From: Candidatus Multivoradales bacterium
GTDB taxonomy: Bacteria > Acidobacteriota > Thermoanaerobaculia > Multivoradales > JAHEKO01
DNA: 64,000 nucleotides
NCBI GenBank assembly: GCA_965223855.1
Contig: CBDCXM010000009.1
Span: 2,320,900 to 2,384,899 of the forward strand
Reading direction: 5' to 3'
Below, in pieces: positions 49,240-58,982 of the stretch; the stretch's first letter is position 1, and every line of letters begins with the position of its first letter. The position numbers and the translations under genes were made by a program. The notes beneath the pieces are model-generated. The model worked only from the letters and a program-made list of their open reading frames with translations, was not told the DNA's origin and searched no databases.

Positions 49240-49241
49240 CC

Positions 49242-49778
49242 ATGCCCAAGGTCACCGACCTCAACTACCTCCTGCTCGGACTCCTCGCCCGCCAGAGCCA
49301 GACCGCCTACAGCCTCACACAGTCGCTCGCCTCCACGCCGATGCGCGCCTACAGCAGCAGTCCAGGAAGCGTGTACCCTGCGGTGCGCAAACTCGTCGAT
49401 CTGGGGTGGGTGGAAGAGGGTCCAGCGCCGCCTTCCGCTCCCGGTCGCCGACCCCGAACCCTGGCGATCACTCAGGCGGGCCGTGAGGAGCTCGAACAGT
49501 GGCTCCTGCAGCCGATCACTGCCGACGAGCTTACTCGTCGGCCGGGAACCGTCGTTCTCCGCCTTTCTCTCGTGAGCGGCGTGCTCGGGGAAGGCCACTT
49601 GCCCCGCAGACTCGACGAGCTCGAGCGCGAGGCGAGGGCAGCCTCTCAGCGGATGGCCTCATTCGTCTCCGAACACCCCGAGCTACCGCTCGGCTCCCGG
49701 CTGCCCCTGGATCTCGCCGTCACCCTGCTCGAGACCTATGCGGATTGGGCCGAGGGCGCCGTCCGCGACCTCGATTGA
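49242..49778 (+). CDS. PadR-family transcriptional regulator
   Basis: LLGLLA...SPGSVYPAVRKL...ITQAGREELEQWL. Confidence 0.88.
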   Translation: MPKVTDLNYLLLGLLARQSQTAYSLTQSLASTPMRAYSSSPGSVYPAVRKLVDLGWVEEGPAPPSAPGRRPRTLAITQAGREELEQWLLQPITADELTRRPGTVVLRLSLVSGVLGEGHLPRRLDELEREARAASQRMASFVSEHPELPLGSRLPLDLAVTLLETYADWAEGAVRDLD

Positions 49779-49779
49779 G

Positions 49780-49805
49780 AGTGCAACTCCTCGAGGTTGC
49801 ACTTT
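49780..49805. terminator. Hairpin terminator between convergent padR and serine hydrolase
   Basis: AGTGCAAC-TCCTCGAG-GTTGCACT followed by TT. Confidence 0.6.
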
Positions 49806-49834
49806 CTGCGCGGACCGAGTCGGGGGAGGACTCT

Positions 49835-51277
49835 CTACTCCTCTAGGGGCGCAGGGGCCGCGAGGAGTTCTCCTCTGGCGTCGATCTCACGGCCTGCAAA
49901 GTCTCCGGAGATCGAGATGGCCTTGCCGACGAGCCTCACCCGAAGGGCAGCGAGTCCCCACGGGTAGGCGACGGCGAAGACCTGCTCGCCGGGGCTCGCG
50001 ACCACTCGAACAGCGGGGAAGGTTCCATTGGAAAACTTCCTCGCCAGAGCGCCGGCGGAGGTGATCGTCGCGGTGCACAGGAGGCCGTCCGCGGTCAGCT
50101 GGAGCGTCCCCGTCTCGGGCTCGCCATCGAAGCTCCCTTCGACTGCGTAGACGCCATTGGGACACTCGAACGGGCCCTCGCGGGCGGGGCCGAAGAACGG
50201 AGCGGCGAGTAGTTCCGCCGTCGTCTCCACTCGCGACGTCCACGTGGCGTTCGACAACAATGAGACGGCCACCCTCTCGTTCGGGTAGACGACGAGCACG
50301 CTTCTGGCTCCCGGCGTGCTACCCGCGTGATGAGCGACGGAACGAGCGTTCCAGTCCCGCCCGGTCCGCCACCCGAATCCGACTTGAAAGCGGGCGTTGC
50401 CGGTCGGCGCGCCATCGGTCAGCAAGACCGGCGTCAACGCCTCCTCCACGCTGGACCTCGAGACGATCGAGCCCGCGGCGAATTCATGGCCGAAGCGTGC
50501 GACATCCCTGGCAGACGCGCGCATGCCGGTGGCACCCCAGACGTAGCTCTGATCGTTGGGCGACAAGGCGACTGTGTCGGGGCCTTCCGTGGAATAGAGC
50601 TGCACTGCGGCTTCCGAAAGCGCAGTGACGTCCTCGACTCCTGTCTCCCGAAGGCCATGGGGCCTGAGGATCTCGTCGCTCAGGAGCTGCGGGAACGGCT
50701 TGCCCCCGACCGAGGCTGCGGCTGCGGCGAGCAAGGCGTACCCGTAAGAGCTGTATGCATAAGCCCGGCCGGGCGGGTGCAGGAGAGGTGCGTCGCGGAA
50801 GAAGCCGAGCGACTCGCTCGGGTTGGCTACCCGGACTTGCGCACCGGGGCGGCTCGTGCCGGGACTGCCGTAGTGGGGGACTCCGGAAGTATGGGCAGCG
50901 AGCCGTCGAGGCGTGATCTCGCCTTCGCTGCGGGGCGGCCAGTCGGTGACGTAGCTGCTGACGTCGCTGTCGAGGTCGATTCGGCCCTCCTCCGCCAGCT
51001 TCAGGAGGAGCGCGGCCGTGTACAGCTTGGAGACACTTGCGAGTCGGAATCGAGAGTCCGCGCTCACCGGAGCCCCGGTGTCGAGGTTCGCCAGGCCGGT
51101 GACGCCGCTCCAGACGACCTCGCCGTCTACGACGACCGAGGCTGCGTGTCCGGGGACACGGCTGAAGGCACGGAGACTGTCGAGGAGTCGGTCGGCCGCC
51201 GCCGTAGCCTGGTCCATGGAGGACGCGGCGGACGTCTGCAGCAGGGCCAGTCCGAGCACAAGGGCCGCCTTGCTCAT
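49835..51277 (-). CDS. Secreted serine hydrolase (beta-lactamase class C / PBP-like)
   Basis: ASVSK (SxxK), YSSYGY, HAG. Confidence 0.88.
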   Translation of the reverse strand: MSKAALVLGLALLQTSAASSMDQATAAADRLLDSLRAFSRVPGHAASVVVDGEVVWSGVTGLANLDTGAPVSADSRFRLASVSKLYTAALLLKLAEEGRIDLDSDVSSYVTDWPPRSEGEITPRRLAAHTSGVPHYGSPGTSRPGAQVRVANPSESLGFFRDAPLLHPPGRAYAYSSYGYALLAAAAASVGGKPFPQLLSDEILRPHGLRETGVEDVTALSEAAVQLYSTEGPDTVALSPNDQSYVWGATGMRASARDVARFGHEFAAGSIVSRSSVEEALTPVLLTDGAPTGNARFQVGFGWRTGRDWNARSVAHHAGSTPGARSVLVVYPNERVAVSLLSNATWTSRVETTAELLAAPFFGPAREGPFECPNGVYAVEGSFDGEPETGTLQLTADGLLCTATITSAGALARKFSNGTFPAVRVVASPGEQVFAVAYPWGLAALRVRLVGKAISISGDFAGREIDARGELLAAPAPLEE

Positions 51278-52278
51278 GGCTGGGAGGGAATGCAGGCTTG
51301 CCGGCTGATCATTCGTCGAATGGTACCGACGACCAACTCCGGCGCGTCGAGGTGAACGTCGTGTCCACTCTCCGGCGCGAGAATCTTCTCGCTGCAGTAG
51401 GACAGGTTGAGCAGATCGTTCTGCAGTGCGTGGCTGTGGTCGACAAGGGATGCTGTATCCCAGTTGGAGTCGCCCTTCGGCGCCGGCTTGCCTCCTGCCG
51501 AGATCACGATCAACGGGAGGTACCCGAGATGGAAGGCCTTCCTGTTGGCATGGATCCTCTCGAAGATCTCGGCCTCGAAGGTGTCACTCTGTCCCTCGAC
51601 ATAGCTGAACATGCGTTCGTTGTAGAGCCACTCGAACAACTGCTGCTCCTGTGGCGAGAATGCGTGCAGGCGCGCGGAGAGATCCCGACGTCGGGGAGGA
51701 AGCTCCGTGACCCGTCTTGCAGCTGCCACCGCGCCCTCCTGGACAGGGGGGATCGGCCCGTCGGCAGTGAGACGCAGTCGCTTCCACTCGAACTCGCGGG
51801 TTTCCTGGTTGAGGACGCGGAGCACTACGTCCGGATGCGTCGCCTCCACCAGAACCGCCCCCGACACTTCGTCCCTGTACTCGGCTGCAAACATGTGCGC
51901 GAGCAGTCCCCCCAACGAGTGTCCGACGACGATGTAGGGCGGCGCGAACCCGGCCCGCTCCAGGACGGCGCGGCTGTCTCTCACCTGCTGGTTCAAGGCC
52001 GCCCCATGCCCGTGTTCACTCCACCCCTCGCCGTTCTGGTCGATGGCGACTGCTTGCGCGAAAGCTCCGACCGCCGGCAGCACCAGATTCCAGTGAAGGG
52101 CCACATCGCCGGCCCCGTGGAAGAACACCACGGTTGGGCCGGCCTGCCCCTCGCCTGCTGTCAGCAGGTGCATTCGATATCCGCCCATCTCGATCATCCT
52201 GCCGGGAGGGGGCGAGCCCGGTGCGGCCTGAGCCTGGACAAGGCACAGCAGAGCAACGGCCAGGCTCGCTCTCCTCAT
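51274..52278 (-). CDS. Secreted alpha/beta hydrolase
   Basis: FFHGAG, VGHSLGG, SGHDVH; ATG 52278. Confidence 0.85.
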   Translation of the reverse strand: MRRASLAVALLCLVQAQAAPGSPPPGRMIEMGGYRMHLLTAGEGQAGPTVVFFHGAGDVALHWNLVLPAVGAFAQAVAIDQNGEGWSEHGHGAALNQQVRDSRAVLERAGFAPPYIVVGHSLGGLLAHMFAAEYRDEVSGAVLVEATHPDVVLRVLNQETREFEWKRLRLTADGPIPPVQEGAVAAARRVTELPPRRRDLSARLHAFSPQEQQLFEWLYNERMFSYVEGQSDTFEAEIFERIHANRKAFHLGYLPLIVISAGGKPAPKGDSNWDTASLVDHSHALQNDLLNLSYCSEKILAPESGHDVHLDAPELVVGTIRRMISRQACIPSQP

Positions 52279-52385
52279 TGCCGTGGCGGGGTGCCCCGAC
52301 CGTGCACCGGCCGGCCTCATTCCCTGCCTCTGGCAGGAGCTCTCAGCTCGCCGTCGACGGGTCTGCTCTTCATCAGGGCGCAAGG

Positions 52386-53264
52386 CTAGTCCGGCATGGC
52401 TGTCACAGCCATTTGCGCGCCATGAGCGGAGACAGAGTTCCGAATGTCCGGGTTGGATCCCGCGCAGGTACCGGACTCCAGCTCTCCCAGGACATCGGTA
52501 GGGTCGAGCTCGCTTTGCATCAGCTCGTCGAAGCGTAGTTGCCTGGTGGTCGTCAGGTACTCGACGAGGAGGGATCCGAGGAGATACTGCTCGCGGATGG
52601 GACCGACCTCGCTGTTGCGAACTTGCCGGAATCTCCGTAGGCGCGAACAGAGGTCCGTGCTTCGGTCCGTCGACGAGAGGGCGGTAGCTGCCGCGTATTC
52701 GGCGTACCCTTCTCTCTTCCAGAGAGGCAGGCGGCTTGCCGCGCGGTGTCCCAGGCGATGGGCGATCAACGAGTGCACGATCTCGTGGGTCGCGATGTGG
52801 GCGAGGTTGCCCTCCAGCAGCGAGTAGCGGTAGCCGTGGCCGTAACGTGCCGCGAAGGAGTCGATGTTGTTCCGAGACAGAAAGATGGAGTGGACGAGCG
52901 GAGCGTTGACGCCTTGCGAGGTCGTAGGGACGCCGAGGAGCCTGGCGAAGAACGAGTAGATCCGCTGGTCCTGGACGAGGAACAGGCGATGGCGGAGTTT
53001 CGGATCATCGATCTCGACGGCGGACAAGCGATGACGGACTTCGGCCAGGGCGTCGCGACTGCCGTCGTCGATGGGGCGATCCGAGCGGAGGATCAGGTTG
53101 GCGCTCCTCAACGAGTGAGGGAAGACGGGTTCGGGACAACCGACAACCACCAGCGGAACCACGATCACGAACCCGGAGAGAAGAGAGATCAGGAGCAGGA
53201 ACCGTCGCACGCGTGACCTCCGTAGCGGTTTGGCGATGTGTGGTGTCGGGGTGGCGTCGGGCAT
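52386..53264 (-). CDS. Membrane-anchored HExxH (peptidase MA-like) protein
   Basis: THEIVH...WKREGYAEY. Confidence 0.6.
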   Translation of the reverse strand: MPDATPTPHIAKPLRRSRVRRFLLLISLLSGFVIVVPLVVVGCPEPVFPHSLRSANLILRSDRPIDDGSRDALAEVRHRLSAVEIDDPKLRHRLFLVQDQRIYSFFARLLGVPTTSQGVNAPLVHSIFLSRNNIDSFAARYGHGYRYSLLEGNLAHIATHEIVHSLIAHRLGHRAASRLPLWKREGYAEYAAATALSSTDRSTDLCSRLRRFRQVRNSEVGPIREQYLLGSLLVEYLTTTRQLRFDELMQSELDPTDVLGELESGTCAGSNPDIRNSVSAHGAQMAVTAMPD

Positions 53265-53391
53265 GGGGCTTCAGCCTCGGCCGACTCCGGCCCTGTGGTC
53301 CATTTGCAGCGCGTGAGTTCCGACCGGAGGCGTCACCGTCCTGGCCTCTCGGGAGATCGACGACGACCGGTGGCTCCAGTGCCAGGCGGGA

Positions 53392-55293
53392 TCAGCGCGA
53401 TGGGAGCCGGAGCTCCGCGACGATCCGACGGAAGCGGGGTTCGCCTCGGAGCGAGTCGAGGCGGGGGTCGACCGCTACGAACGGAAGCTGAGCGTCGGCT
53501 GCCGACGCCAGAGCCTGTTCGAGAGCACCGAGAGCGCTCTCCGAGTCCCCCAGCAGGGCATGGTACGTCGCGCGGGTCGCGTGGCTGGCGTTGGACTCGG
53601 CCGGGATGTCCGCAAGGTGCTCGACCAACTCCAGATGCCATCGGTCGACGTCGGCGAACCGTGCCTTGAAGCGTTCGTTCATTCTCGCAAGGGCGGCCTC
53701 CTCCTTGTTCTGGAGGAGAAGCAGGTGAGCGCCGAGGATGGGCGCCGCCGAGTTGAACGGGCCGGCCTCAGCCGCTTTGTCGGCCGCTTCGAGTGCCCGG
53801 GAGTAGTTGCGCGCGAACAGGTGGCCTTCAGCCAGGCCTCCCAACGCCCTCGAGGAGGTCGGATCGAGTTCCACCGCCCTTCCGAGTGCATCCAGCGCCG
53901 CTTCGTGCTCTCCTACAGCGGACAGAAACGCCCCGTACAGGCGATAACTTCTGGAGAGTCCCGGTTCCAGGCTGAGTGCGCGCTCGAAGTTGGAGCGTGC
54001 GGCGCTCCAGTCACGCTCGCTGTACATGGCGAGGGCGCCGAGTACCAGATGTGCCTCCGCGAGGGAGCTGTCGGCGGCCAGAGCCCTCTCTCCGTGGTGC
54101 CTGGCGGCGGCGAGGTCTTCCGGCGCTGCAGAGAGCCCGATCCGCATGAGGTGGGCATGCGCCAGAGCGGAATGAGCTCGGCCGAAGTCAGGATCACGGA
54201 CCAGGACCTGCCTGAGCAGGCTCATACCCTCAGCCACCGTGGAGTCCTCGTTGGACTGGGCGCCCGACATCGTGAGGTAGCGTCCTTTGAGATAGAGGGC
54301 GTAGGTAGCTTCGGAAACCGGCGGACGCGGAGCCTGGCGTCGCGGACTACCGCCGATTCGAAGGGCCTGGCGAGCGTCTCGGGCCGCGAGCTGAAGAGCA
54401 CCTGTTCTCGAAGCGCCCGTCACCGCGGAGCGGTGCGTCCAAACGCTCACACGATCCGACACTCTCAGCGCTCGGAGGGCGAGATAGACGGTCCCGTCCG
54501 ACGACGTCAACCGGCCGCGCACGGTGAGGTCAGCTCCCAGAGCGGCCGCCGCCTCGACGAGAGAGGCGTCGGACTCGTCGAGACGCGCCGCTGGATCCAT
54601 CGCGATGAGACTCGCATCGGCCCCGAAGGTGGCTCCCAACTCGGCGAGCCACTCCTCGGTGAGGACGGCACTGAGACCGTCCGCTGCGGTTTCCTGTTCG
54701 AGCAGCGACCACCCCATGAGCTCGGCGGTCGATGCCGGTGGGAGATTGGAGACGTGAAAGGGCAGCACCGCCACCGTGGGCGCAGTGGCCATCGACGGCT
54801 TCCGAAGCGACCCGACCGCGAGCGCGCCCAGGAGTGCGGGGAGTGCGAACCAGGCCACGAGCCTCGCCGCCGTCGACCTGCGGGTGCTCCCAGTCCACCG
54901 GGAGGTCTGTCGCGGTTCGCGCACCACGGGAGCGATGAAGCGGTAGCCGAGCTTCGGCAGGGTCTCGATGAACTGCGGTTTCGCAGGATCGTCGCCGATC
55001 GCCTGGCGGATCTTTCGAATCGCGAAGTTGATCCCCTGGTCGTACTCCAGGAACGAGTTGCCCCAGAGGTGCTCGCGAAGCTCCTCGCGAGTCACGACGG
55101 AGCCCGCGCGCTCGAGCAGGAGTGAGAGGGCCTTGGCCGGCTGAGGCTGGAGCGGCACCGTCTGGCGCCCTCTCAGGAGGCGCTCGGGGTGAGTGCGAAG
55201 CAGGAAGTCTCCGAACCGGAACGCCTCTCCGGGCTCCTCCTGCGGGGCCACGCCCGCAGGGACCTCCGGCGCTTCGTCAGCTGCATGCTGCAT
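53392..55293 (-). CDS. CadC/ToxR-type winged-helix regulator with TM, TolB-like segment and TPRs
   Basis: LQPQPAKALSLLLERAGSVVTREEL, IETLPKLGYRF, VAVLPF, TPRs, VDPRLDSLRGEPRF. Confidence 0.85.
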   Translation of the reverse strand: MQHAADEAPEVPAGVAPQEEPGEAFRFGDFLLRTHPERLLRGRQTVPLQPQPAKALSLLLERAGSVVTREELREHLWGNSFLEYDQGINFAIRKIRQAIGDDPAKPQFIETLPKLGYRFIAPVVREPRQTSRWTGSTRRSTAARLVAWFALPALLGALAVGSLRKPSMATAPTVAVLPFHVSNLPPASTAELMGWSLLEQETAADGLSAVLTEEWLAELGATFGADASLIAMDPAARLDESDASLVEAAAALGADLTVRGRLTSSDGTVYLALRALRVSDRVSVWTHRSAVTGASRTGALQLAARDARQALRIGGSPRRQAPRPPVSEATYALYLKGRYLTMSGAQSNEDSTVAEGMSLLRQVLVRDPDFGRAHSALAHAHLMRIGLSAAPEDLAAARHHGERALAADSSLAEAHLVLGALAMYSERDWSAARSNFERALSLEPGLSRSYRLYGAFLSAVGEHEAALDALGRAVELDPTSSRALGGLAEGHLFARNYSRALEAADKAAEAGPFNSAAPILGAHLLLLQNKEEAALARMNERFKARFADVDRWHLELVEHLADIPAESNASHATRATYHALLGDSESALGALEQALASAADAQLPFVAVDPRLDSLRGEPRFRRIVAELRLPSR

Positions 55294-55604
55294 GGTTCGT
55301 TCTCCGAGTTTCGGCCGGTGACCGCGAGACGCCTGCTTCGCACTCGGGTGCCGGCTGGCGTTTCGCCTGGAAACGGCCCATCCGGGTGCCTACTCCGATC
55401 GGAGCTTACCGGAGCTCTCGGCGACTGGGCCGCAGCTTTCCTGCTCGATGCCGCCCTTCGATCCGCGCTCACCTGGAGCCCGGTGGCCGCTCTCACGGCG
55501 CTCAGATCGCGCAAATTCCAACTTCGGGATCGCGTCGCCTACGTTGAGGAGGCAAAGCAGGAGCCCGAGCCAAGGCAAGGAACGCAGGACGGAGGACGAA
55601 CAGG

Positions 55605-57071
55605 ATGAACTGGTTTACGCATCGGCAATCGCCGATTTCACGAAGAGACCGTAGCGGTTCGCCCGGCGAAGTGGAGCTGCCGGGGGTGTGGGTCCAATCT
55701 CGGTGCACACGTGCGTCGACCGCGTTGATCATCGCATTGGCGATGTCAGCGGTGTGCGGAGCCGACGTCGAAGCAAAAGGTGTCGAGAAGCGAAGGTCCG
55801 GCGTCTTCGATGCGACGACGGTCGAAACGGCTGTGCGAGGCGACTCTTACCGCCGTAGCAGCGAGCGGGTTGGTTCCGCGATCTCGGAGTTCGTTCGGGC
55901 TCCTTTGATCGACGACATTGCGCACTACAGCTTCCTGATGCGCGTCGGGTCCGGGCCGTACGACACGATACGGGTTCACCGCGTGGTCCGAGAGCTGGCT
56001 CCGTACGTGCCGGTTCGGTCGTCGACTGCGGTGATGATGGTCCACGGCGCGCGTGTCGGTTTCGAGGGGACGTTCCTCACGACCCTCGACGTGCCGTCCG
56101 TTCCCGACCTGCAGGCAGCTCCGGTCTTCCTCGCGGGTCGCGGTGTCGACGTCTGGGGACTCGACGCCCGCTGGGAAGTACTGCCCGGAGACGTCTCCGA
56201 CCTTGCCCCGATTGCGGAATGGACCTTCGGTACCGACGTGGCCGACCTCGGGCAAGCTCTTGCAGTAGCTCGGTTTTCGCGCCTTCTTGGCGGCAGTGGG
56301 CTGGACCGGCTTCATCTGCTGGGCTTCTCGAGAGGGGGAGGGGTGGCCTATGCCTATGCCGGCGAGGAGTCGCAGCGGCCCGTCCCGCTGAGACACGTCA
56401 AGGGGATGGTCGTCGCCGACTTCTTCGTCAAGAGTGATGATGCCGGCCTGATCGAGCAAGCCTGTGAGGACTACTCGGCAGTCCAGGCTCAGCTCGACGC
56501 CGGAGTCGTGGCGCAGCCCGGAGACTTCCTCAACATGCTCGGTGAGTTGGCGGCGACGGCGCCGGACGATCCGTCACCCATCATCCCGGTGCTCACCAAC
56601 GGCGATGTGGCCATCCTCATCGGCTCGGACGCCCCGGAAGCGCCGAACGTGGTGCCCTTCTTCCACATGGTCGCAGGGAGCTTCGATCCGGGGCCGCCTC
56701 CCTCTTTCGACCTGACATACACCCAACCTGAGATCTGGTTTAGCCACTTCCGGAGGGGGGCTGCGTTCCTGCCGTTGGCCGTGAATCAGGACCTCAACGC
56801 GGCTCTTTGCGGAGCTCCCGACACCCCCTTCGATGACCACCTGGAGGACATCGAGCTGCCGTTGCTCTACCTCGGTGCCGGTGGAGGAATCGGTGACTTC
56901 GGCCTCTTCAACACCACCCTGGTCTCGAGCACGGACGTCTCGGTTCACTCGGTGACCTTCGAGCCGCCGGCGCTGCGAGCTCTCGACTACGGCCACTCCG
57001 ATCTGTTTCTGGCCGACAATGCCGAGGAAGAGGCTTGGCAGGTGATCCTGAACTGGCTTCGGGCTCGCTAG
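55605..57071 (+). CDS. Secreted alpha/beta hydrolase (start uncertain)
   Basis: MVHGA, GVDVWGLD, GFSRGG, YGHSDL. Confidence 0.75.
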   Translation: MNWFTHRQSPISRRDRSGSPGEVELPGVWVQSRCTRASTALIIALAMSAVCGADVEAKGVEKRRSGVFDATTVETAVRGDSYRRSSERVGSAISEFVRAPLIDDIAHYSFLMRVGSGPYDTIRVHRVVRELAPYVPVRSSTAVMMVHGARVGFEGTFLTTLDVPSVPDLQAAPVFLAGRGVDVWGLDARWEVLPGDVSDLAPIAEWTFGTDVADLGQALAVARFSRLLGGSGLDRLHLLGFSRGGGVAYAYAGEESQRPVPLRHVKGMVVADFFVKSDDAGLIEQACEDYSAVQAQLDAGVVAQPGDFLNMLGELAATAPDDPSPIIPVLTNGDVAILIGSDAPEAPNVVPFFHMVAGSFDPGPPPSFDLTYTQPEIWFSHFRRGAAFLPLAVNQDLNAALCGAPDTPFDDHLEDIELPLLYLGAGGGIGDFGLFNTTLVSSTDVSVHSVTFEPPALRALDYGHSDLFLADNAEEEAWQVILNWLRAR

Positions 57072-57252
57072 CCTGAACTTCTCACGCCAGTGCACTCTGG
57101 AAGACCGTATGTCACTGAATCTACGGCGTTTTCCGGCCACTGCGCTCCTCGACATAGCTACGGCTGTGTCTCCGGTGCTCGCGACCGGAAGCCTTGTATC
57201 TTCAGCAACCTACGGCCTTCCACAGCACACCGGCGTGAGAAATTCAGGCTAG
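57068..57252. mobile_element. 185-bp CTAG-bounded fold-back element (MITE/REPIN-like)
   Basis: Ends CTAGCCTGAACTTCTCACGCC / GGCGTGAGAAATTCAGGCTAG; 43 of the outer 52 positions are exact inverted matches; nested inner stems. Confidence 0.8.
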
Positions 57253-57357
57253 ATCGCGTGCGGGCGCTCGAGGATGCTGCTGGAGGTTGGGTCGGATCGC
57301 TGCGTGCGGGCGAGGCCTGCCAGGTCGACAATGGAGCGCCTCCTGAGAGGACTACCC

Positions 57358-58362
57358 ATGGATAGCTCGGCCAGAGTCACGATTTGTGCGTTGGCAGTCT
57401 GCCTCTCGAGCCTCGCAGTGAGCGCCGACATCGTGGAACGGCACCGGATGGACGGGCGAGAGTTCGACCTTCTGCTTCGTAGAAACGGCTCACCCTCGGT
57501 CCTGCTCGTGTCGGGCCTGGGCGAGACGAGCGTGGAGGCCTGGCGCGATGTCCATCGGCGCGTGGGCGAGTTCGCGACGGTCCTTGCCTACGCGCCGAAG
57601 GATCGAGATTCTGACGCGTCGAATCCAGCACCCCGCGACTCTGTCGAGGTGGCGCGAGAGCTGCGCGGCCTGGCGAGGAGTTTGGAGCTACCGCCTCCCT
57701 ACGTGCTTGTGGGGCACTCCTCGGGCGGCTTTCATGCAAGGGTCTTTTCTGCTCTCTTTCCGGAGGCGGTGAGCGCCATCGTGTTGGTGGATCCCAGCCA
57801 TGAGGACTTCTTCCGGAGTCTCGACGAGCTCGAGCCAGGTGCGTTCGAGGCAGCAATCTCGAGGATGGACGGGCGTCGCCGATACAGATCGCCGCTCGCC
57901 CAGCGCGAGTTCGCGGCTTTCCGTGCCGTCATCGTCGCCGGTGACCTGCCGTCTGGAGATCCCCTGCCCGATGTCCCGGTGATTGTCATCACGTCCGCTC
58001 AGCAAGTCGCTGAGCCCCGGGGACTGGTGGAGTCGCCGGAGGCCACGAATCTTTGGGTCAGGCTGCATCGCCAATGGGCGGCAGGAGTCCCCGGAGCCAC
58101 CCACATCGTGACGGAGAACAGCGGTCACTACATTCACGCCGAAGAGCCGCAGCTCGTTGCCCGGTGTGTCGGCTGCGTGGCTCTCGGGTGTTTCGACCTC
58201 GGGCCGGCCTGCGAGCGGCGAGGCGGCCGGGCGGCCGGAGAACTCGAGGCCCGCTCCTGCAGGGAGACGGACGCCGGCCGACTACCGGAGTCTCAAGGGA
58301 CGATCGTCTTGGATCCTTCGGACCTTGGGACGTCGTGCCTCGACTGCTGTCGAGCCCCGTAG
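57358..58362 (+). CDS. Secreted alpha/beta hydrolase
   Basis: VSGLGE, VGHSSGG, LVDPS, SGHYIH; ATG 57358. Confidence 0.8.
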   Translation: MDSSARVTICALAVCLSSLAVSADIVERHRMDGREFDLLLRRNGSPSVLLVSGLGETSVEAWRDVHRRVGEFATVLAYAPKDRDSDASNPAPRDSVEVARELRGLARSLELPPPYVLVGHSSGGFHARVFSALFPEAVSAIVLVDPSHEDFFRSLDELEPGAFEAAISRMDGRRRYRSPLAQREFAAFRAVIVAGDLPSGDPLPDVPVIVITSAQQVAEPRGLVESPEATNLWVRLHRQWAAGVPGATHIVTENSGHYIHAEEPQLVARCVGCVALGCFDLGPACERRGGRAAGELEARSCRETDAGRLPESQGTIVLDPSDLGTSCLDCCRAP

Positions 58363-58456
58363 ACGTCGGTGGAGTGATCGGCGGTTGGCGCCGGCGGCCT
58401 GCTTCCCGACCCGCAGGTCTGATCGCTCCAGTGGAGACCGTGGCAAGCTCCGGAAT

Positions 58457-58927
58457 GTGAAGCTCCTCCTCAAGAATCTCGCCTTCACGGTGCTCGTGCC
58501 GGGGACTGTGGCGGTGTATCTGCCCCGGCTCCTCATCGCCGAGGGGGCCCAACTGGCGGCACCGCTGCTTGCGGTGCCGGTGTTTGCGATCGGGTTGGCG
58601 ATCTACGTCTGGTGTGTTTGGGACTTCGCGGCCCACGGTCGCGGCACTCCGGCACCGATCGATGCCCCGAAACGGTTGGTCGTCCGGGGGCTCTACGGCT
58701 ACAGCCGTAATCCGATGTACGTGGGAGTGGTCACTGTCATCGTCGGTTGGGCGCTGCTGTATCGATCGCCGGCTGTGGTGGTCTATGCCGCCATCGTCGG
58801 CACTCTCTTCCATCTGAGGGTCGTGCTCTACGAGGAGCCTCGCCTGCGGGAGCTGTTCGGAGCGGACTACGAGGCCTACTGTCGACGGGTGGGGCGGTGG
58901 TTGCCTCGTTGGCGGCGCGCGAAGTAG
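58457..58927 (+). CDS. Isoprenylcysteine carboxylmethyltransferase/PEMT family membrane protein
   Basis: GRGTPAP, LVVRGLYGYSRNPMYVG, EEPRLRELFGADYEAYC. Confidence 0.88.
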   Translation: MKLLLKNLAFTVLVPGTVAVYLPRLLIAEGAQLAAPLLAVPVFAIGLAIYVWCVWDFAAHGRGTPAPIDAPKRLVVRGLYGYSRNPMYVGVVTVIVGWALLYRSPAVVVYAAIVGTLFHLRVVLYEEPRLRELFGADYEAYCRRVGRWLPRWRRAK

Positions 58928-58982
58928 GGGTCGGCCGAGCGGGACGTGCGGCTCGCCTCGTGGTCCGGACAGGGCCGAGCGA

